Shown one piece after another: positions 57,517 to 64,000 of a stretch of DNA of 64,000 bases. Each line of letters starts with the position of its first letter. Within the stretch, counting starts at the first letter, position 1. This DNA comes from an uncultured Oscillospiraceae bacterium. GTDB taxonomy: Bacteria > Bacillota > Clostridia > Acetivibrionales > DTU013. The notes beneath the pieces are model-generated. The model had not been told where the DNA came from. It saw only the letters and a list, made by a program, of their open reading frames with translations, and ran no database searches. The stretch is taken from the NCBI GenBank assembly GCA_964512095.1, contig CAZEIH010000004.1:34919-98918 (forward strand), written 5' to 3'. A program made the translations under genes and the position numbers.

Positions 57517-58164
57517 TTAACCACCGATTTGCTTAGCTACTTCATCTGCAAAGTTCTCTTCTTTCTTATCCAGTCCTTCTCCTCTTTCAAACCGGGCAAA
57601 ACGTCTGATGCTTATGTTCTCACCGATTGTAGCTATCTTTTCAGTAACGAGTTGACTTACAGTCTTATCCGGATCCTTGATGAAAGGCTGATCCATTAGA
57701 CAAATTTCTTTGTAGAATTTTTCAATTCTTCCTACAAGCATCTTTTCAACTATGTTATCGGGCTTACCCTCATTTTTTGCCTGAGCCCTAAGGATGTTCT
57801 TCTCTTTTTCAACCACATCCTCAGGTACTTCTTCTCTTCTGATATATTCTGGTTTAGAGGCTGCTATCTGCATCGCTATATCCTTGACCAGCTGCTTGAA
57901 ATCTTCATTTGCAGCGGCAAAGTCAGTCTCGATATTAACTTCGACAAGTACGCCTATTCTGCCATTGCCATGTATGTATGACTCAACAATTCCTTCAGCA
58001 GCAATCCTGCCAGCCTTTTTAGCTGCAGCGGCAAGTCCTCTTTCTCTCAAAACCTCTATTGCTTTATCAATATTGCCATCCGCTTCGGTCAGGGCCTTTT
58101 TGCAATCCATCATGCCTGCACCTGTTCTCTCGCGAAGTTGTTTAACCATTTCAGCTGTAATCAT
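57517..58164 (-). CDS. tsf: Elongation factor Ts
   Basis: N-terminal UBA-like [29 protein letters not shown] precedes the ATG at 58164. Confidence 0.95.
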   Translation of the reverse strand: MITAEMVKQLRERTGAGMMDCKKALTEADGNIDKAIEVLRERGLAAAAKKAGRIAAEGIVESYIHGNGRIGVLVEVNIETDFAAANEDFKQLVKDIAMQIAASKPEYIRREEVPEDVVEKEKNILRAQAKNEGKPDNIVEKMLVGRIEKFYKEICLMDQPFIKDPDKTVSQLVTEKIATIGENISIRRFARFERGEGLDKKEENFADEVAKQIGG

Positions 58165-58277
58165 CCATATTCCTCCAAACAATAATAATCATATTATTAG
58201 CCATATATACGGCTCTTATTCCAAAACTACTATGTAATCACAGCCCGGATCAGGTGTAGAGACCGGGCATGTCTATT

Positions 58278-59045
58278 TTATTCCTGTGCTGCTTCTACCA
58301 GTGGAAGATCTTCAGTTTCATTGATACTTTCTTCCGCTTCTTCGCTTTCTTCTTCCAGCTGTTCTCCCTGACGGCCTTCTATGACAGCGTCAGCAACTTT
58401 TGATGCAATAAGCTTGACAGCCCTGATAGCATCATCATTGCCGGGAATAACATAATCAACCTCATCAGGATCACAGTTGGTATCAACTATAGCTACTACA
58501 GGTATACCAAGCTTCCTTGCTTCAAGTATTGCATTTCTTTCTTTTCTTGGGTCAACGATGAACAGCGCACCTGGCAACTTATTCATGTTCTTGATACCAC
58601 CAAGATATTTCTCCAGCTTCTCCATCTCAGCCTTGAGCTTTATGACTTCCTTCTTTGGAAGTACTTCAAACAGACCATTCTGCTCCATGTTTTCTAGCTG
58701 TTTCAGCCTGTTGATTCTCTTCTGGATAGTGTTGAAGTTGGTAAGCATACCCCCCAGCCATCTTGCATTTACAAAATACTGGCCGCTTCTTTCTGCTTCT
58801 TCCTTAATAGAATCCTGAGCCTGCTTCTTTGTGCCCACAAAAAGGACTTCGTCGCCGTTCATAGCGATTTCTCTTATGAACATATAAGCTTCTTCAACCT
58901 TTTTAACAGTTTTCTGTAGGTCAATGATGTAGATGCCGTTTCTCTCCGTAAAGATGTATTCGGCCATTTTCGGGTTCCATCTCCTGGTTTGGTGTCCAAA
59001 ATGAACGCCTGCTTCCAGAAGCTGTTTCATTGAAATAACTGACAT
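58278..59045 (-). CDS. rpsB: 30S ribosomal protein S2 (with short acidic C-terminal tail)
   Basis: [22 protein letters not shown]... An AAGGAGGA RBS precedes the ATG at 59045. Confidence 0.96.
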   Translation of the reverse strand: MSVISMKQLLEAGVHFGHQTRRWNPKMAEYIFTERNGIYIIDLQKTVKKVEEAYMFIREIAMNGDEVLFVGTKKQAQDSIKEEAERSGQYFVNARWLGGMLTNFNTIQKRINRLKQLENMEQNGLFEVLPKKEVIKLKAEMEKLEKYLGGIKNMNKLPGALFIVDPRKERNAILEARKLGIPVVAIVDTNCDPDEVDYVIPGNDDAIRAVKLIASKVADAVIEGRQGEQLEEESEEAEESINETEDLPLVEAAQE

Positions 59046-59300
59046 AGATATATCCTCCTTAAGTTTATACCACCACAAATTTCATCCAGGCGGACTACCC
59101 AAAGGCACTTATCCGCGTGTCAATCTGTGTGCGTATTTAATCGTAAGTTAGTATAACACACAGTCAAAAATTTATCAATAATTTATTAGTCAATAATTGG
59201 GGTGTGACACCCCCCTTGTCACATTAGCTGTACAGGCAACATTTGAGCTGCCATCTCATATACTTATACGGTGACTAATTTTTTATGGGGGGTGCCTTGA

Positions 59301-60011
59301 TTGCTGCACTTCTTATTCACCCTGTTGAATGAGGCTCTTGGCAGTATCATTTTCCAGTTGGGCTATGTCTCAAACTCTAACTCCTTTCCACAGCCACTGA
59401 CAGCAGAAGAAGAGCAAAAATACATCAAAGCATACAAAGAAGGCAGCGAAGACGCCAGAAATACACTCATAGAAAGAAATCTGCGGCTTGTTGCCCATAT
59501 AGTTAAAAAGTACAGTAACTTCAGCAGCGACAGTGATGATCTAATATCTATTGGTACTATAGGCCTTATCAAGGCCATCTCTACCTTTGACCAGTCAAAG
59601 GGGACACGACTTGCCACCTATGCTGCTCGCTGCATAGAAAATGAAATATTGATGCAGATCAGATCTACAAAAAAAATACAGAGCGAAGTATCTCTCCATG
59701 ATCCTATCGGCATAGACCGCGAGGGCAACGAAATTACATTAATTGACGTAATCGGAAATGAGACTGATTCAGTTATTGATGAGGTTGAGCTTAAAATACA
59801 AGTAAAGCGTCTATACAATAAAATGAAATCAGTACTGAAAAAACGTGAGAAAACTGTTCTGGAACTGCGCTACGGACTTCTTAATGGAACCACAAAAACC
59901 CAGCGTGAAATAGCCGGTATGCTTGGCATATCAAGATCATATGTATCGCGTATAGAAAAAAAGGCAATTAAAAAACTAAGCAAGGAGCTAGAGCCGGATA
60001 ATTGCAGATAA
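59301..60011 (+). CDS. sigK: Sporulation sigma factor SigK (pro-sigma-K, uninterrupted gene)
   Basis: The pro-sequence and processing region ...GYVSNSNSFPQPLTAEEEQKY resembles B. subtilis ...SYVKNNAFPQPLSSSEEKKY. Also present are NLRLVAHIVKKY, ATYAARCIENEILM, DVSLHDPIG and ISRSYVSRIEKKA. TTG start with a GGGGGGTG RBS. Confidence 0.88.
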   Translation: MLHFLFTLLNEALGSIIFQLGYVSNSNSFPQPLTAEEEQKYIKAYKEGSEDARNTLIERNLRLVAHIVKKYSNFSSDSDDLISIGTIGLIKAISTFDQSKGTRLATYAARCIENEILMQIRSTKKIQSEVSLHDPIGIDREGNEITLIDVIGNETDSVIDEVELKIQVKRLYNKMKSVLKKREKTVLELRYGLLNGTTKTQREIAGMLGISRSYVSRIEKKAIKKLSKELEPDNCR

Positions 60012-60019
60012 AAGTATGC

Positions 60020-60060
60020 GGGGCTTCACTCAATATCATAGTAAGATAAAGTGAAGCCCC
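60020..60060. terminator. Hairpin between convergent sigK and the HMGR-like gene (possible bidirectional terminator)
   Basis: The 10-bp stem ggggcttcac / gtgaagcccc encloses a 21-nt loop. On the plus side it is followed by actatcttattt. Confidence 0.55.
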
Positions 60061-60075
60061 ACTATCTTATTTGGC

Positions 60076-61389
60076 CTACTTGTCTTCTTCACCTCGGGCC
60101 AGTTTAACATGGGAATCGGCCATTTCATAGCCCGCTGCCTGAGCGCAGGATGTGTTTAGATCAAGTGCTGTAACCGCCGCAGCTGCTATTTCTGCAAGCC
60201 TTAGTACATTTTTATTGTCGTCGACACTAGTCCCAAATCCGCCACAGCCAATGAGTCTCAGTGCTTCCTTGGCAGTTCCGAACATTGTACCGCCTCCTAC
60301 AGTAGCAAGCTCCATGCAGGGTAGACTAACCATGAAATGAACACCTTCGTCAGTTGCATCAGCCTGTATAAAGCAGCTCGATGAGGATACGACGTGAGCC
60401 AGATCCTGACCGGTAGCAGCGTAAAAAGCAGCAATAGCATTTGCAGCATTCACATTGAAGCCCGCAATTGTTCCGCTATAGCAAGAACCCAAGTAACATT
60501 TATGGAAGACGACCTTCTCAACGCTTCTTGGATTGACACCCTTTTTGAATACTGCTTTGAGAACCTCTGTGGGAAGGAATACTTCTGTCTCAACAGATTT
60601 GCCACGTCCCTTTAGTACATTAATATGGGCTGATTTCTTATCTGTGTCAAGATTACTACTGATGGTGATTAGCTTCCAGTCAGGCATCGTTGAAAGTATA
60701 TACCGGGTGATATCGGCAGATGCCTTGGTCACACCGTTCATTCCCATAGCATCACCAGTTTTGAAGGCCATTCTTAAAAATACCTTGGTTCCAAGCTGAT
60801 ACGGCTCGATATCTTCAAGACATACAAATGGATCCTTAGATAAGCTGCCAAGATGCTTGAACAGCTCTTTGTCTGTTTTTATCCTATCGCAGAATTCCCT
60901 TGCCTTGACAATATCAGGCGCCTCTATCAAAGGAGCTCTGGTCATGCCATCATAATGTACCAATGTTCTGAGACCGCCAGCCATATTGATAGCCTTGATG
61001 CCGCGCTGGACACCAGCAACCAGTGCAGCTTCATTGGTCGCCAGTGGAATGTATACTTTTTCGTTTACATACTGTCCGTTAATCTGTATCGGGCCAGCAA
61101 TACCAAATGGGATAACCGCAGCTCCAATTTTACCTTCTATTCCCGTCAGCAATCTTTCACCGCCAGCCAAAGTGCTGTTATCTAGCCTCGTATTCTTGAT
61201 TCCAGTTAGTAAAACACCGGTTACTTCTTCTATTGAATCACAGCGGATCCTTGCAGCAGCATCGCATGCATCTGCCACCTTGAGTGGATCCGAGCCATAC
61301 ACATTGGTAAATATGGTTGTCTCAAGATGTTGGCTTTTTATTTCACCTGATAAATATTTTGATTTAATAGCCTGCAGTTGATCATTCAT
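60076..61389 (-). CDS. HMG-CoA reductase family protein, class-I-like
   Basis: Aligns by eye to class I HMGR: IPFGIAGP, PLATNEAALVAG, DGMTRAP, TGDAMGMN, TDKKSAHIN..GRGKSV, ATVGGGT and AAGYEMADSHVKL. Confidence 0.85.
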   Translation of the reverse strand: MNDQLQAIKSKYLSGEIKSQHLETTIFTNVYGSDPLKVADACDAAARIRCDSIEEVTGVLLTGIKNTRLDNSTLAGGERLLTGIEGKIGAAVIPFGIAGPIQINGQYVNEKVYIPLATNEAALVAGVQRGIKAINMAGGLRTLVHYDGMTRAPLIEAPDIVKAREFCDRIKTDKELFKHLGSLSKDPFVCLEDIEPYQLGTKVFLRMAFKTGDAMGMNGVTKASADITRYILSTMPDWKLITISSNLDTDKKSAHINVLKGRGKSVETEVFLPTEVLKAVFKKGVNPRSVEKVVFHKCYLGSCYSGTIAGFNVNAANAIAAFYAATGQDLAHVVSSSSCFIQADATDEGVHFMVSLPCMELATVGGGTMFGTAKEALRLIGCGGFGTSVDDNKNVLRLAEIAAAAVTALDLNTSCAQAAGYEMADSHVKLARGEEDK

Positions 61390-61405
61390 AGAATATGCTC
61401 CTTAA

Positions 61406-62290
61406 TTAACATTTTTGATGAAGAAGGGTACTGAGAGTCTGGGCATAGTTGCCTGCCTCAGTTATCTTCTCGAGATCTATACCTGTTTCAATACCCATTC
61501 TGTGGAACATGTCAACAAGCACTTCTGTTTGGCAGTTTCCCTTGGCACCCGGTGCATATGGGCATCCACCCAAACCTCCGGCAGCTCCGTCAAATATGGT
61601 TATTCCTGCCTGGAGTGAGGCCAGATTGTTAGCAAATTCGATGCCGAAATATTTGTGATAATGAACAGCAAGACTTGCAGTGGTCAGCTTTTCTTTTATC
61701 ATTTTGGGTATCTCATAAGCGGATGTAGGATTTGCCATACCGGTTGTATCTCCCAGAGAAATCTCATACGAGCCAAAGCTCTCCAGTGCCAGGGCTGTCT
61801 CTAGTGCCACTTCAGGAGCCATACAGCCTTCTATTGGGCATCCAAATACTGTGGCAATATATGATCTTACCTTCACGCCATTTTCCTTTGCTACTTTGTT
61901 GATTCTCTCGATTTCTTTAAGAGACTCTTCTCTGCTCATATTTAGGTTCTTTCTATTATGGCTCTGGCTAGTGCTCATAATAGTTACGACTTCATTAAGC
62001 CCAGCTTCAATAGCAAACTCAAGACCTCTCATATTGGGTATCAGTGCATTGTACGCAACTCCCTCTTTACGCCGAATTCCAGCTAATACAGCTTTTGCAT
62101 CAGCCATCTGTGGAACCCATTTGGGATGTACAAAGGAGGTCACCTCGATCCTTTGGCAGCCAGAATCTGTTAGCATATTTACAAGCTCTATCTTCTTTTC
62201 AGTGGGAATAAAGTCCGGCTCAGGCTGAAGCCCATCTCTCGGTCCAACTTCAAAAATAGATACTTGCTTTGGCCAAGTTGTTTTATCCAT
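61406..62290 (-). CDS. HMG-CoA lyase-like (DRE-TIM/HMGL family) protein
   Basis: IFEVGPRDGLQ, AVHYHKYFG (HxH metal ligands) and GGLGGCPYAPGAKGNCQTE. A GAGGA RBS precedes the ATG at 62290. Confidence 0.85.
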   Translation of the reverse strand: MDKTTWPKQVSIFEVGPRDGLQPEPDFIPTEKKIELVNMLTDSGCQRIEVTSFVHPKWVPQMADAKAVLAGIRRKEGVAYNALIPNMRGLEFAIEAGLNEVVTIMSTSQSHNRKNLNMSREESLKEIERINKVAKENGVKVRSYIATVFGCPIEGCMAPEVALETALALESFGSYEISLGDTTGMANPTSAYEIPKMIKEKLTTASLAVHYHKYFGIEFANNLASLQAGITIFDGAAGGLGGCPYAPGAKGNCQTEVLVDMFHRMGIETGIDLEKITEAGNYAQTLSTLLHQKC

Positions 62291-62323
62291 AATTATCCTC
62301 ATTTCTAGCGGTATACTATACAC

Positions 62324-63358
62324 TCATGGTATTACTATCGCACGTCCATTTATGTTGCTAAACTCATCTAAAGACTTCTGATATTCATCCATGGGAAGAA
62401 CCATTCCAACATATGCAGACAGGTTAACTTTGCCGCTGTTGACAAGTCTCATCATCTGTTCCCAGGTCTTATACATATGCCTGCCGAAAATACCTGTTAT
62501 CTTCAATTCTCGGTAAACAACACGATACATATAGTTACTGATGGTAAGCTCTCCCCCCACCATTCCAACATGGACAAGGGTACCGGCTGTTCTCAGCGCA
62601 TCAATTGCCTGGTTTATAACCCTGTTGTTCCCTGTAAAGTCTACTATACAGTCAACTCCAACACCGCCGGTTATTTCCTTTGCGGTTTTTACAAGCTCCT
62701 CCCTCATACCATTCAATGCAATGTCTGCGCCTACCTTCAGACTATATTCAAGCCTGTCGTCATTCACATCCAATGAAATAACCTTGACAGCCCCAAGCAA
62801 TTTTGCCAGCTCGCAAGCCATCAACCCAATTGTACCAACTCCTAGTATGGCAACGATTTTTCCGCTGGGTTCAGCCTTCTGTAAAGCATGTAGCGCCGTT
62901 CCAAGTGGTTCGAGTAGAGACATCTCCTGAAAATTTGCATCATCCTCAAGCTTTATTCCCGACACCTCCGGAAGCCTGATATATTCAGCAAAGCATCCAT
63001 CTATATTCCTTCCCAACACTCCCATGTTGTTTGTGCAAATATGTTGGTTATCTGTTCTGCATTCATAGCAGTAACCACATGGAATGTGAGTTTCACCTGC
63101 AACACGGTCCCCAGGCTTGAAGTTTTTCACGAGACTTCCAACCGCAGTTACCTCTCCTGAAAATTCATGACCAAGGGTAAACGGCAAGCTATAGTTAGAA
63201 GACGCCACTAGTGGAGACCATTCAAACACCTCAACATCAGACCTACACATGGCTGCCGCCTTTACTTTTACAAGAAGATCGTGTTCACCGATTTCAGGTA
63301 TGGGTATATCAACTATCTCTGCTCCCTCTCCATGTTTTGTTTTCCTTAGTGCCTTCAT
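62324..63358 (-). CDS. Zinc-dependent medium-chain alcohol/polyol dehydrogenase (threonine/sorbitol dehydrogenase-like)
   Basis: Catalytic Zn context AAAMCRSDVEV and GHEFSGEV; structural Zn cysteines CGYCYECRTDNQHIC; Rossmann motif ILGVGTIGL. A GGGGAGA RBS precedes the ATG at 63358. Confidence 0.85.
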   Translation of the reverse strand: MKALRKTKHGEGAEIVDIPIPEIGEHDLLVKVKAAAMCRSDVEVFEWSPLVASSNYSLPFTLGHEFSGEVTAVGSLVKNFKPGDRVAGETHIPCGYCYECRTDNQHICTNNMGVLGRNIDGCFAEYIRLPEVSGIKLEDDANFQEMSLLEPLGTALHALQKAEPSGKIVAILGVGTIGLMACELAKLLGAVKVISLDVNDDRLEYSLKVGADIALNGMREELVKTAKEITGGVGVDCIVDFTGNNRVINQAIDALRTAGTLVHVGMVGGELTISNYMYRVVYRELKITGIFGRHMYKTWEQMMRLVNSGKVNLSAYVGMVLPMDEYQKSLDEFSNINGRAIVIP

Positions 63359-63433
63359 TTTTTTATTCTCCCCATGAATTCGATATAACGCAACAGTTCG
63401 GAAGGAACTGCAGCGTGTCAATGATATAAAATC

Positions 63434-64000
63434 CTATTTATTTCTTGTTAAGGTTTCGTCTGGAGCAAATCCGAGCTTGTCATAATGTGATGATCTGGTT
63501 ACAATATCATCATCCAGTTGCATTTTTGCAAACTTGATGATTTCCTCTGCCCTGTTTCTGGGAATAACCAATACACCGTCATCATCAGCACAAATAATGT
63601 CGCCAGGATTTACAAGAACCCCTGCACAGTTGATTGGAATATTGGTTCCACCGAAGGTAACTCTTCCGTAAGCATGGGTGAAGGTCCTCTGGGTACAGAA
63701 AACATTAGCATTTTCAAGATTAGTTTCATATGAGTCTCTGCAGCCCCCATCTACAACCGCGCCTGAAATTCCCCTTATCATGGTGTTCATTGCAATTTCA
63801 GAACCCCATACTCCACCACGAATACCTTCCATATCAATAACCACTACCATATCCTTCGCACTTTCCTCTGTAATGCCATCCACAAACCTGTAAATATCGT
63901 TGCAGCCCTTGCCAAGCTCATCGCGCCATTCATCTACAGTTTTACACTCCTTAACGCCGTCCTGCTTGGGCAACAGCTTAACAGTGTAAGCAAAACCCTT
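63434..64000 (-). CDS. RraA-family / class II aldolase-like protein (5' end outside window)
   Basis: The RraA/HMG-aldolase pattern reads ...GGVWGSEIAMNTMIRGISGAVVDGGCRDSYE...PGDIICADDDGVLVIP. The frame stays open to nt 64000, and the listed start at 63973 is only a TTG. Confidence 0.75.
   Translation of the reverse strand, partial: KGFAYTVKLLPKQDGVKECKTVDEWRDELGKGCNDIYRFVDGITEESAKDMVVVIDMEGIRGGVWGSEIAMNTMIRGISGAVVDGGCRDSYETNLENANVFCTQRTFTHAYGRVTFGGTNIPINCAGVLVNPGDIICADDDGVLVIPRNRAEEIIKFAKMQLDDDIVTRSSHYDKLGFAPDETLTRNK

Noticed and set aside
58183-58277. Hairpin gcccgg...ccgggc between rpsB and tsf as a terminator/attenuator
   Set aside because: It has a short 6-bp stem with a 14-nt loop and no U-tract on the transcribed strand. 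The evidence is too weak to list as a feature, although partial termination between rpsB and tsf is known in other bacteria.
1-64000. Search by eye for tRNA, rRNA, transposase, integrase, toxin-antitoxin or defence-system genes
   Set aside because: None was found. All long ORFs are accounted for by housekeeping or ordinary accessory functions, and short intergenic regions show no cloverleaf-like or rRNA-like sequence that I could recognise. A tRNAscan or Infernal run would be needed to be certain.

Overview
This 64-kb window comes from a low-GC, spore-forming Firmicute. The gene order is Clostridia-like and sigK plus SpoVD/SpoVE-type genes are present. Nearly all genes are on the minus strand and most are core housekeeping. 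Left to right: ychF (partial); cheW; a T-box-controlled DAHP synthase; a GGDEF protein; an SLT transglycosylase, coaE and polA. Next comes an ECF sigma/anti-sigma pair beside a truncated murA remnant. A dcw block follows (mraZ-rsmH-ftsL-PBP-murE-murF-mraY-ftsW, with no murD or murG), then rodA, lgt and two M16 peptidases. A small accessory stretch holds a second GGDEF protein, an MFS transporter, VanW, EamA, a PLP decarboxylase and a YknWXYZ-like efflux system. Two classic Firmicute operons follow: rimP-nusA-ylxR-ylxQ-infB-rbfA-nrnA-truB-ribF and rpsB-tsf-pyrH-frr-uppS-cdsA-dxr-rseP-ispG-polC. The window ends with sigK and a tight four-gene cluster (RraA/aldolase-like, Zn-ADH, HMG-CoA-lyase-like, class-I-like HMG-CoA reductase) that runs off the right edge. 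I saw no rRNA, tRNA, CRISPR array, transposase or recognisable defence genes. The items most worth a second look are: (1) the orphan HMGR/lyase/ADH/RraA-like operon in an organism that carries the MEP pathway; (2) a ~128-bp structured interspersed repeat with two inverted copies 37 kb apart, one inside the rimP-nusA spacer; (3) an unusual 473-bp spacer between rsmH and ftsL carrying eight exact copies of an 11-mer; (4) a GC-rich triple-hairpin island at 32.3-32.55 kb; (5) a murA stump abutting a sigma/anti-sigma cassette that has its own promoter. All coordinates, alignments and identity counts were done by eye. No database search or RNA folding was possible.
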